The notes under the pieces were generated by a model, which did no database searches, had not been told where the DNA came from, and saw only the letters and a program-made list of their open reading frames with translations. Both the position numbers and the translations under genes were made by a program. A stretch of DNA of 64,000 nt from an uncultured Chloroflexia bacterium (lineage in GTDB: Bacteria; Chloroflexota; UBA6077; JACCZL01). The stretch lies in assembly GCA_963765765.1 (NCBI GenBank), contig CAVXYC010000032.1, forward strand, positions 96,001-160,000, in the 5' to 3' direction. Position 1 is the first letter of the stretch, and each line of letters begins with the position of its first letter. This document shows positions 52,783 to 62,786 of this stretch, one piece after another.

Positions 52783-54287
52783 TCGACAATCGAAGTCGCG
52801 CCATCGCGACCGTAGCCGTGCTCGTGGCGATGTTCTTGGGCGCCATGGATTCCAACATCGTGGCCACGGCCATGCCAACCATCATTGGGTTGCTCGGTGG
52901 CATCAGTCTGTATAGCTGGGTGTTCTCCATCTATCTGCTGTTCGCCACTATCACCGTGCCGATCTATGGCAAGATGGCCGATCTTTACGGACGGAAGCCG
53001 ACGTTCATGGTGGGCACGGGTATCTTCCTACTTGGATCTGCCCTGTGCGCAGGCGCCCAATCCATGGAGCAGCTCATTCTGTTCCGCGCCATTCAAGGCA
53101 TTGGCGGGGGATGCGTCCTACCCATTTCGATCACCATCATTGGGGACATGTACAACCTGGAGGAGCGCGCCAAGATGGTCGCCCTCTTCAGCGCAATCTG
53201 GGGACTGGCCAGCGTCCTCGGGCCGGCCGTGGGTGGGTTTCTCACGGAGTACGTGAGCTGGCGGTGGACATTTCTGCTCAACCTGCCGGTCGGGCTGCTG
53301 GCGATGGGTATGTTGTGGGTGACCTTGCGCGAGAAGGTGGAAAAACGCGATCGGACGATTGACTATGCTGGCATAGTAACGCTGGGTCTCGGGTCAGGCC
53401 TGCTCATGTTTGCCATGCTCGAAGGCAATCGGTCGTTCCTGTCGAATTCGCCCGTACCGATCCTGATGTACGTCGTGGCTATTGGGCTACTCTGCCTCTT
53501 CATTCATGTGGAGACGAAGGCGCCCGAGCCGATCATTCCACTTAGCTTGTTTCGCAATCGGACCATCGCTGCTTCAAGCGTGCTAGCAGCGCTAGTTGGT
53601 GTGGTCATCTTCGGAACCACGACGTTTGTTCCGCCATTCATCCAGGGTATCCTGGGCGGGACAGCCGTGACTGCCGGAATCGCGGGAATAGTGCTTTCAG
53701 CGGGATGGTTTGTAGCCAGCACCGCGGGTGGTCGCATGATCGTCAGGTTCGGCTTTCGGGGGACCGGGCTGGGCGGCGCCATCGGCCTCATCACTGGTTC
53801 GGCGCTGCTCGTGAGACTCAACGAATCGTCCACGCTCAACGATCTCTGGATCTGTATGGCGGTGATGGGCCTCGGCCTCGGATTGAGCAGCGTGACGAGC
53901 ATTCTCTCGGTGCAGAGTGCCGTGGATTGGCGGCAGCGCGGCGTGGCAACCTCGAGCAACCAGTTCTTTCGCACCGTCGGCGGGACGCTCGGTATCAGCT
54001 TGCTCGGAGCGGTGTTCAACAACGTGCTCGTCGATTCGCTGCACGGCGTAGCTGGAGCTCCGTCACTCGAGCGTGCCAATGTCCTGCTTACCGAGGTAGG
54101 TCGTCAGACCATGAGCGTTGCCGAGCTCGCGCTGCTTCAGGCGCCTCTCGAGCTAGCCCTGAATCGCGTGTACCTGGTGACATTGTGCGTCGCCACCATG
54201 GGCTTCGTCGCCGGCTGTTTCTTCCCTACGGGGCGTCCCGTCGAGGCGAGCGCAAGCGAGGACAGGCCGGTGGAGTCGCGTTCCTGA
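52779..54287 (+). CDS. DHA2/MDR MFS transporter
   Basis: DSNIVATAMP, GKMADLYGRK, RAIQGIGGG. Confidence 0.95.
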   Translation: MIDNRSRAIATVAVLVAMFLGAMDSNIVATAMPTIIGLLGGISLYSWVFSIYLLFATITVPIYGKMADLYGRKPTFMVGTGIFLLGSALCAGAQSMEQLILFRAIQGIGGGCVLPISITIIGDMYNLEERAKMVALFSAIWGLASVLGPAVGGFLTEYVSWRWTFLLNLPVGLLAMGMLWVTLREKVEKRDRTIDYAGIVTLGLGSGLLMFAMLEGNRSFLSNSPVPILMYVVAIGLLCLFIHVETKAPEPIIPLSLFRNRTIAASSVLAALVGVVIFGTTTFVPPFIQGILGGTAVTAGIAGIVLSAGWFVASTAGGRMIVRFGFRGTGLGGAIGLITGSALLVRLNESSTLNDLWICMAVMGLGLGLSSVTSILSVQSAVDWRQRGVATSSNQFFRTVGGTLGISLLGAVFNNVLVDSLHGVAGAPSLERANVLLTEVGRQTMSVAELALLQAPLELALNRVYLVTLCVATMGFVAGCFFPTGRPVEASASEDRPVESRS

Positions 54288-54484
54288 GAATCTCGAAGTA
54301 GCAATCTTCCGAACGACGGAGAATTGAGAACACCGTCAATTCCCGCTGACCATGCCCGTGCCGTGCACCGGTCTCTGGCGCCTCCAGGTATGGAGCTGTC
54401 TTCGATATTCATCAATCAGCGAACAAGTCGGCGTATGTCTATACTCCTTGTCGGAACAGTCACAAATTAGAGTAAAGACCTACC

Positions 54485-54990
54485 ATGGCAAGTAAAGGTA
54501 TTGCTCTCGTCGGCCTGGACGCCGAGCTGGCCATGCTGCTCACGGACGTGCTGGCAGATGAACAGTACGTTGTCGATACCGTATCAGCTGATTCCTTCGG
54601 GTCTGCCCCTCCCGACGCGTCGCGGCCGGATCTCATCATCTTTGCCACGTCGGTCTCCCCGGAAGAGGTTGGATTTCCTGGACAGACTACGGACCACTCC
54701 CGAAACGAACGCGATACCCGTGATTGTGCTGGCGACGCTTTCAACCAGTGGGACCAAGCTCAGGCATCTGGCAATGTCTATGCGGTGCTTCCGGCCCCTT
54801 TCGAAATCGATCAGCTCATGGAGACGGTGCGTCGCGCGCTTGCTCAGGAGCCGTTCGAGGTGCGAGTGCAATCGCAGCCAACCGAGCCGGGACCCACAAG
54901 TACTGGAAGCGGCCTCTGCGCTTCTCAGTGCAGAGCGCGATCTCATGCTGGATTGGGTGCAACAGGTGCGGACGGTGGAGCCCTTTGCTT
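54485..54990 (+). pseudogene. 5' part of a pseudo-receiver + RsbRD-N-like gene interrupted by IS630
   Basis: RPDLIIF, IPVIVL, PFEIDQL, then LMLDWVQQVR. Confidence 0.75.
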
Positions 54991-56119
54991 CCGACCCGGA
55001 GAGCTGGAGAGTGGCGGACATTACCTAGACCGGGGCAGGGCATCGAGGTCGGCCGTGAGCCACTGCCAGCCGCACAGTCGGCGGACGCGCGCCGGCTCGG
55101 CGGACAGCGCGGCCAGCGACGTTTCCGCCGCCGCCTGCTTGTCCTCAGGCTCGGATAGACTCGCCCCTCCACCTGGCGGCGGAGCTCCTCGAACACCCGC
55201 TCGGCTGGGTTCAGCTCCGGCGCGTACGGCGGCAGCAGCACCCGCGGCGTGGGCAGCGGGGCCAGCAGCTTCCCGCGATGGCTCCCGGCGCCGTCCGAGA
55301 CCAATCCTTCCAGCGCCCAGCGGCGCAGCACCGGCTGGAGGTGCGTCTGGCGCATGTGCTTGAGCCACGCCCAGCGGAGCGTCCCAGCGCGGGGATCGAC
55401 GACCAGGAGCAGGTACCGCCAGACATAGCGGAGCTGCAGGCGTTGGGTCACCTTCACCCCACGCGGTCCGAGCACCCGGCACGTCTGGCCGCGCAGCCCC
55501 AGACGCAGCTCATCTCCGAAGACAATCGCCCGCTGACGCGTGAGCCCGTGGTTGCGCAGGGCGGTGGTCAGCCCCCCTTTTTCCAGGCGTCCTGGGACGC
55601 CGGGTTGGCTCGCTCGGCCTGGGGACGGGGGACCTTGGAATGAATCCCCAGTCGGGTGAGCGCCCCGTAGGTGCCGCGCCGGCTGTAGGCGACGCCGAAC
55701 TGGGCCCGGATCCAGGCCTGAGCGTCGGCGGCCGTGAGTAACCGCCGGGTCGCGGCCTCGGCCAGCAGCGCGGACCGCTGGTCGCGACTCAGCCAGTTCG
55801 CCCGCCCCCGGGAGGTGTGCCCCGGCAGCCGCCGCAGGACCGCGGCGAGGCTGCCGGTACGATACCAGCCGAGCCAGCGGATGGCGGTGCGCTCGCCCAC
55901 CCGGCGGGGTGCGCCGCCGCCCGAGCGCTCTGACCCTGGCGCACCAACCAGAGAACCTGCAACCGCGTGCGCGCCCCCACCGTGGTCGCCTGGCGGTATC
56001 GCCGCTCAGCTCGTCCACGTTGCCCAGCTCACCGCACCGATCCGCCCAGCCATGAGGCACTCCCACCGCGTCGTGCCGCCAGCCCCGCACAATCTGCGCC
56101 ACTAGGGCGTCGGTATTAG
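54991..56119 (-). mobile_element. IS630-family insertion sequence
   Basis: HTH part ends WKKGG at slippery AAAAAGGGGGG; DDE part GDELR, SDGAGSH, PPYAPELNPAE; right end followed by TA at 56120; left end appears truncated. Confidence 0.92.
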
Positions 56120-56471
56120 TACACGCGAGTTTCTGAACTCATTGCCCAGAATTCTCCATGCATTGGTGCTTGTTCTCCGCCAGCAGACTCCTGTGGATGT
56201 ACTTACACAGGACTCGGAAATGCAGGAGCGGATTCGTGAGCATGCACGCACACGGCGTGAGCAGGGCGTAGCTGCCGCCGCTGTCGTCCGAGAGTACCAG
56301 GTGCTCCGACAGGTGATCGGTCGTCGACTCCGCCGCGACCTACCGGCCGATTACCTACCCGAAGTCGTGGACCAGCTCCATTACCTACTGGATGAAGCCA
56401 TCCGGATAACCGTGACGGAGTTCCTCCGCCTGGCAGAAGAAGGTCCCGCACCCGGGTCGGATCCGCGGTAG
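56120..56471 (+). pseudogene. 3' part of the interrupted gene (RsbRD-N-like helical domain)
   Basis: TREFLNSLPRIL, HARTRREQG, VVREYQVLR, LDEAI. Confidence 0.75.
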
Positions 56472-56488
56472 TCATCATCGGCTCATAA

Positions 56489-56530
56489 AATGTCCAGCCC
56501 GGACGTAACGTCGCGTCCGGGCTGGACATT
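56489..56530. terminator. Hairpin between convergent genes
   Basis: aatgtccagcccggacg-8 nt-cgtccgggctggacatt. Confidence 0.75.
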
Positions 56531-56558
56531 CGTAGATTCGCCGAGGATAGTCAGGCTG

Positions 56559-57073
56559 CTATCGCCGGCTCCGCCCGGTCTTCCCGTCAGCGGCCGCGGA
56601 CTCCGCCCCGATTTCCCCGCTGGCCATCGCCTTTTGGTCGCCTGTGGCGACCTGGATGCGGCGCGGCTTAGCCGCGTCAGACTTCGGGAAGATGAGCCGC
56701 AGCACGCCATCCTGATAGGTTGCCTGGCTCGGATCGCCAAGATAGTGGGCAGGAAGCTGCAGACTGCGAACAAACCGTCCGGTCCGCTGCTCACGCACCA
56801 GGTAATGGCGCTCCTTCTTCTCCTCTTCGGATTGATCGTGCCGGCGATGGTCAGCACGCCCTGCTCAACCTGGACGTCGATGTCCTCCGGCTTCAATCCC
56901 GGGAGGTGCGTTTCGACGATGAGATTGTCATCTTCCTCAAAGACATCGAACGCTGGTCCGGCCCATTGCTGCGCGTTGCCTGCTCCTGGCAGGACAACCG
57001 CGTCCTGAAGCAACCGATCCATCATCTGGCGCAGGCTCGTCGCCTGGCCCCAAGCGCCGTAGCGATCGATCAT
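56559..57073 (-). CDS. Hsp20/alpha-crystallin small heat shock protein (indel near 56830)
   Basis: DVFE, LPGLKPEDIDV, LTIAG, GRFVRSLQLP, ATYQDGVL..FPK. Confidence 0.92.
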
Positions 57074-57295
57074 GACATCCTCCTGTGACAATGAATCTGG
57101 CAGCCTGGCTGCCTCAGCCACAGGATACGAAGGCGTCCGTCAGAGAGAAATTAGAGGGGTATCGGAAGTACGTAGGAAATGAAGAATTCATTGAGTGGGG
57201 TGTCCTAAGACGACGTAGCCAGAGGGCCGCCTGCTCATTGAACAGATTGAAAGCGGGCGCAGGTCGCGCGTCTCGTTAGCCCCCTCGAAACACCT

Positions 57296-57802
57296 TCACG
57301 GACATTCTTCCCAGGTCTTAGAGAGCGATCGATGCGAATCGGGCACTTGCGTCCACTCAAAGTTTGGCGGTGGGGGAATCTTTTCGGGAGCGCCCATGAA
57401 TGCCCAGATCACACCTCCTTGCTCCACCGTGGGATAGGCGGCGATTCGAACCTTGTCCTTGAAGTCGGACACGGCCGGCTCACTCGGCATCTCGACGCAT
57501 CGTCCTGAGACGTCAAATTTCCATCCGTGGAACACGCATCGCAGGCCATGCTCTTCATTCCGACCCAGCCACATGGACGCTCGTCGGTGCGGGCAGTACC
57601 GATCGAGCAGGCCGACCTTACCAGCGGTATCTCGAAATGCCACCAGATCTTCACCGAGTAGTTTGACCTCGAGCGGCTCGCAGTCGGGCGCGGGAAGCTC
57701 CGTGGACATGGCAACCGGCATCCAGTAGCGGCGAAGCAGGTTGCCCATTGGCGTGCCGGGACCGACACGCGTGATCCGCTCGTTTTCTTCTCGGCTCAGC
57801 AT
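57296..57802 (-). pseudogene. Truncated Rieske oxygenase (Rieske domain only)
   Basis: CPHR...CVFHGWKFD; stops at WEEC, before the mononuclear iron motif. Confidence 0.85.
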
Positions 57803-57966
57803 CTATGCCTCCGGTTAGAACCCAGCAAGCGCAGCCTGCTCTCTCTAGCCGTGGCAATGTAGCAGGAGGCCGGGGACCTCGTCAACGATTAGCGGACGTA
57901 CCGATGCAGAGGCGCCTTGTCTCTCATTCAACAGTCCGCAGTTGAGGTGCGTAGCCAGGTCAATTT

Positions 57967-57995
57967 TTCGTGAGCACTCGCGGGTCGGCTATAAT
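57967..57995 (+). promoter_or_regulatory. Sigma70-type promoter of rpsT
   Basis: TTCGTG-17 bp-TATAAT. Confidence 0.55.
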
Positions 57996-58031
57996 CACGA
58001 GGCTTTAGCAGAAAATTGAGGAGACTTCATC

Positions 58032-58433
58032 GTGCCGAATAAGAAGTCCGCCGAGAAGGCCATGGTTCAGGCCGAGAAGCGGCGGCTGCGAAAGCGATCT
58101 ACCGTCTCGGCGGTGAAAACCTACATCCGCAACGCCGAGCGCCAGATTGCATCGGGCGATGCTGAGGCGGCGAAGCCGATGGTGATTCAGGCTCAAACAG
58201 CTCTGGATAAGGCTGCCGAGAAGGGCATTCTGCATCCGAACAACGCTGCGCGCCGTAAATCGAGGCTACTCAAGAAACTGAACGTTGCTTCCACCGCCGC
58301 CTCGGCGCCTGAGGAAGAGAAGAAGACCACGCGAAAGCGGGCGACCACAGCTCGCGCCGGCTCCAAAGCGGCCGGATCAAAGGCTTCGGGAACCACTACC
58401 CGCCGACGGACTACCAAGGCGGCGTCTTCCTAA
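58032..58433 (+). CDS. rpsT: 30S ribosomal protein S20 with basic C-terminal extension
   Basis: PNKKSAEK, LDKAAEKGILHPNNAARRKSRL. Confidence 0.98.
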   Translation: MPNKKSAEKAMVQAEKRRLRKRSTVSAVKTYIRNAERQIASGDAEAAKPMVIQAQTALDKAAEKGILHPNNAARRKSRLLKKLNVASTAASAPEEEKKTTRKRATTARAGSKAAGSKASGTTTRRRTTKAASS

Positions 58434-58455
58434 ACCGATTCTGGATCTGGAACTG

Positions 58456-58487
58456 AAGCGGGCCTCAATTATGAGGCCCGCTTTTTT
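58456..58487 (+). terminator. Intrinsic terminator of rpsT
   Basis: aagcgggcctca-atta-tgaggcccgctttttt. Confidence 0.9.
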
Positions 58488-58602
58488 GTCATCTCTCTGC
58501 CACAGATCCATGGAACCGAGAGGTCATGCGGACCTAATTCCGTGACCGCGCGGCTGAGCCCCAGACATCGCTGTACACTCAACATGACTCTGGAGGTCAA
58601 CC

Positions 58603-59686
58603 ATGAGCGTGGACGCGCGAGGCATCGTTGCCTGGGAGGTAGGCGCCAAGGTTCAGCCTGAACTATTGGTGGTCGATGAACCGGGACCCGGCGAGATTCT
58701 CGTTCGTGTGGAGGCCAGCGGCGTCTGTCACACGGACTTGCACATCCGCAACGGCGCCATTGGTACGCTGCCAATCCTTCTGGGGCACGAGGGCGCTGGC
58801 ATCGTCGAGGCGGTGGGAGCCGGCGGTGCAGCAGCCGGGCGTTGGCGACTACGTCATTCTCGCATGGCGAGCGCCCTGCGGTCAGTGTCGATTCTGCCGT
58901 GTGGGCCAGCTCCAGCTATGTGCGGCCAGCCTCAATGCGCAGGCGCGCCAGCATACTCCAGAGGGCAAGTTTCCTCCGCCAGTGATGGGCCTCGGAACGT
59001 TTGCAACCCATTGTGTTGTGGCGGCTGAGCAGGCCATAGTTGTGCCGCGCGAGATACCACCGGCTCAAGCAAGCTTGATCGGCTGCGGTGTGATGACCGG
59101 CGTTGGAGCGGTGCTCTACACGGCCGGCGTGCGTCCTGGTAGCACTGTCGCGGTCTTTGGCGCTGGGGCTGTGGGTACCAGCGTGATCCAGGGTGCGCGT
59201 CTGGCACATGCCGAGAAGATCATTGCCGTGGACCTATCACCAACCAAGCTGGAGTGGGCAAAGACCTTTGGCGCTACCGATACGGTGAACCCTGCCGATG
59301 GGGATCCGGTGGAGCAGATCAAGGCGCTCACTGGCGGGCACGGTGTGAACTACGCCTTTGAGGCCGTCGGGCATCCGGATGTGCTTCAGCAGGTGCTCGC
59401 CTGCCGAGATCTGGCTGGCGTAGCCACGTTGATCGGCGTGGCTGGTCAGGGCGCCAGCATCAACATCAATCTTCCGAGCTTTTTCGATCTGGGCGGCTCG
59501 CTCCGTGTGAGCTGGTACGGTGATTGTCTACCGAGTCGCGATTTCCCCATGCTGGCCGACTGGTATCTGAAGGGAGATCTGCTCCTGGACGAGCTCATCA
59601 CGGCCACGATCGCCCTGGACGACGTAGACGAAGCTTTTCATGCGATGGAGCGCGGCGAGACGCTCAGGAGTGTGGTGACCTTTTAG
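58603..59686 (+). CDS. Zn-dependent dehydrogenase, S-(hydroxymethyl)mycothiol dehydrogenase (MscR)-like; indel near 58825
   Basis: [41 protein letters not shown]. Confidence 0.88.
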
Positions 59687-60188
59687 GTAGCGATGAGAGG
59701 TCACGATTGATCAGTCCCAAAAGGTGACCTCTCATGCCCCTCATCACATCAAGACGCAGAGAGAACGATAACTCGGAATCCGGCTCGCGTTACCTTGACA
59801 CGCTGTGCTACCGCGTGCTCGTAGATCTCTAGCGCGTCGTCGTAACGACTCGCATTAACGATTCGCCCCCCACTTCTCGCTTGTGCTCCTCGCGCCAGAG
59901 AGATGGGCGAGCCACGGTGCGCTCGTCCAGCCGCCAGAGCCAATCCGGCAGGCCGTTCAAACAACCGTCGCCGATCCCACGTGTTCGCTCAACGACGATG
60001 TCACCCACTGAACGGGCGAGCGTTGCTGCAATTGGTAAATCATGACATTTGGCAGGCGCGAAAAAGATGCGCGGACTACGGCTTCCTTGCTGAAGTCTCA
60101 TTTGCGGGACGCCAAAAAACGGCGTCCAAGGCCAACTGGGACGCCAAGCGCGTACGCCGATGAGTTACGCATGCCGTTCTTTTGTCGC

Positions 60189-60275
60189 AGCCGCGACTGT
60201 GAGCGAGCGATTCTTCGTGGGAATCCCTTCTTAGTCCGGGAGTCGCGGGAGAATCGCTCGCTCACAGTCGCGGCT
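60189..60275. repeat. REPIN-like element with 26-bp perfect inverted arms
   Basis: agccgcgactgtgagcgagcgattct ... agaatcgctcgctcacagtcgcggct. Confidence 0.85.
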
Positions 60276-60298
60276 CGGACGGGTCGAGTTTACTGGCC

Positions 60299-60556
60299 TC
60301 AACCCAGCCCCTCGATCGCTTCAAGCTCTACGGCCGCCAGGACCCAGTAGCTCCAGACGTCGCCGTCCAGGACCACACGGTAGCGGTGGGCCGGGTCACG
60401 ATGGCCGCGCTCTAGCACAGCGATGACCGTTCCCACACGACCCTCGAAGTCAGACTGATTGTCCTCGAAGTGGCGACATTCAGGATTCAGTCTGACGCGG
60501 ACGCGCTGACCGACTTCCGGGCTCCACGGTTCGTAGTATTCGCCATGGGCTACCAC
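60299..60556 (-). CDS. Small SH3/KOW-like barrel protein
   Basis: VGQRVRV, GRVGTVIAV, YRVVLD, ELEAI; AAGGA SD. Confidence 0.65.
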   Translation of the reverse strand: MVAHGEYYEPWSPEVGQRVRVRLNPECRHFEDNQSDFEGRVGTVIAVLERGHRDPAHRYRVVLDGDVWSYWVLAAVELEAIEGLG

Positions 60557-60573
60557 GGGTCCTTACACCTGAC

Positions 60574-61873
60574 TCAGGCCGGCGCACGTTCTGTGGCGGT
60601 AACAGCAGGTTTGGGCTCGTCCTCGAGCGGAGTGAGCGTGTGCAGCGGGCCGATACGGTCGAGCGAGCGCCAACCGAGGGCTACGGCCGTCACGACGACC
60701 AGCGTACCGACTCCGCCGCCCGCGACAGCGATGATGGGGCCAAAGATCGCCGCGAACGCGCCGCTTCGGAACGCCCCCAGCTCGTTGGACAATCCGATGA
60801 ACAGCGAGTTCACGGCCGAGACGCGCCCGCGCAGGCGGTTAGGCGTAATGACCTGCTGGAGTGTACCGCGAATAACCATGCTCACAGAGTCCGCGGCGCC
60901 GCCAACGAACAGGCAGAGCAGTGAGAAGGCCATGTTATGCGAGAGCCCAAAGCCCACCGTCGTAATGCCGAACACGGCCACGACAATCATGAGCACCCGG
61001 CCGGGCCGTTCCCACGGCGGGAGACGGGTGGTGATGAGCGCGGCCAGAAGGGCGCCAACCGCCGGGGCTGAGCGCAGCAGGCCCAGGCCCGCTGGCCCAA
61101 CCTCAAGAATGTCCTTGGCGTACACAGGCAGCAGGGCAACCGCGCCGCCCAGAAGGACAGCGAAGAGGTCTAATGTGATGGCTGCGAGGAAGACTTCATT
61201 GCGTCGGATGAACGAGATGCCGGCGAACATGTCCCCGAGCGTCTGGCGTCCGCCTGTGGATGGAGGATTGCCACGAGGCAGGCGGAAGAGGATGATGACG
61301 AAGCACAGCTCGGCAAACGCCGCGAGCAGATACGAGCTGCCCGCCTCGTTTGTCATCGCGATGAGCAGGCCCGCAAGAGCGGGTCCGCCAATGCTCGCCA
61401 CCTGGTTGCTGGAGATCATCCAGGAATAGGCGTTGGAGAGATCCTTGGGCTGCAGGATCTCAGGTGGAATGGCATTGACTGATGGAATCGCGAACGGCCG
61501 CGCCGCGCCGCACACCGCCAGCATAACGAAGATGAGCCAGACCGTGTGCGCCCAACCACGCGACGGCTGCCAGGCTAAACGTGGCGAGGCTCAGTGCCCC
61601 GTAGGAAATCAGCGCCACATCGCGCCGGCGATACCGGTCCACCAACGCACCCGCGGGCAGCGTGAGCGCCAACGCCGGAACGATCTGTACCAGTCCTACC
61701 AATCCGAGCATCCATGGATCGCCTGTACGCTCGTACAGGTCCCAGCCCACGGCGACCGAGACGAATTGGAGAGCGAGCATGGAGAGCGCTCGCCCTAAAA
61801 CAAGTGAGCCGATGTGCGGCACACGTAGCGCCGCGAATGCATCCACTCGCGTTGACGGCTCCGGTGATGACAC
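60574..61873 (-). CDS. MFS transporter (indel near 61540)
   Basis: GWDLYERT, LGLVGL, LDLFAVLLGG, LRGRV, SNELG. Confidence 0.92.
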
Positions 61874-62092
61874 GAATCCTCCACCCTTCACTGGGCGTCT
61901 TCCCATCGGAGCGACTCGGGCGAAATCGATCGAACCGGGAAGGAGCGACGGGCATCAACGCGCCGCCGCTCTTGTGACACTGTACCGGCGCGAAGCCGCT
62001 AACGGCTAGCCAAGCATTGATGGTGTCCACGTCTTTAGGCAGGGCCCAGATTCGCTCAACACCCAGTCAGTCGAAGCGAGCACCGCTTGAAT

Positions 62093-62116
62093 ATATTTAA
62101 CATTTATGTTAAATAT
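62093..62116. promoter_or_regulatory. 11-2-11 inverted repeat, probable ArsR operator
   Basis: atatttaacat-tt-atgttaaatat overlapping an AT-rich promoter region. Confidence 0.75.
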
Positions 62117-62150
62117 TTCATTATCATAGTCGTATTGTTGGAGACTGGAT

Positions 62151-62603
62151 ATGCAGCCCACACCGCCTGGCTGGCCGCGAATCTCATCGGCTCTCTTCTA
62201 CCAAGACGCATCAAAGGCGATCGACTGGCTCTGTGAAGCATTCGGATTCGAGGTCCGTCTCAAGATCGAAGCCGATGACGGGAAGATCGAGCATTCAGAG
62301 CTTACCTATGGCGATGGACTCATCATGGTGGGCGACGTGAGTCGTGCCCGGGCTCAGGGGAGGAAGACGTCGGAAGCCAGTCCGCGCATGATCGACGGAG
62401 TGAACACACAGAGTCTCTGCGTGGTTGTTGACGATGCGGACGCGCATTGCGCGCATTCCCGAGCTTTCGGAGCCACCATCCTGCAGGAACCCTCAACCAC
62501 CGACTACGGCGCGGATTACTGGGTGGATCGGACCTACTCAGCCGAAGATCTAGAGGGGCATCGCTGGTGGTTCATGCAGCGCATGAGCCCGCCAAAATCG
62601 TAA
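62151..62603 (+). CDS. VOC/glyoxalase (PhnB-like) protein
   Basis: AIDWLCEAFGF, HSEL, DLEGHRWWF. Confidence 0.92.
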   Translation: MQPTPPGWPRISSALFYQDASKAIDWLCEAFGFEVRLKIEADDGKIEHSELTYGDGLIMVGDVSRARAQGRKTSEASPRMIDGVNTQSLCVVVDDADAHCAHSRAFGATILQEPSTTDYGADYWVDRTYSAEDLEGHRWWFMQRMSPPKS

Positions 62604-62610
62604 AGCACAT

Positions 62611-62772
62611 GTAATGAGCGCTTCAGCGCGTTTCCTGCTGACGGGTAGCGAGCGGAGCGATGCGGCCTTCGACCGCTTGGATGTGATCGGTGGTGTAGGC
62701 CTTGCACGAGATCGGTGTCGCATCGCTTTGCTCGCTAGCCCTCATCCGGAAACGCGCTGAAGCGCTCACTAC
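62611..62772. repeat. REPIN-like long hairpin inside an operon
   Basis: gtaatgagcgcttcagcgcgtttcc ... ggaaacgcgctgaagcgctcactac (24/25 match), plus a second inner stem. Confidence 0.85.
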
Positions 62773-62786
62773 GTGCAACAAACCAC

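Noticed and set aside
57250-57298. Selenocysteine readthrough of the TGA ending the short Rieske gene
   Set aside because: The downstream frame does not restore the D-x2-H-x4-H iron motif and stops again soon.
59690-60185. Possible TPR or transposase remnant
   Set aside because: Short frames in several registers, none diagnostic.
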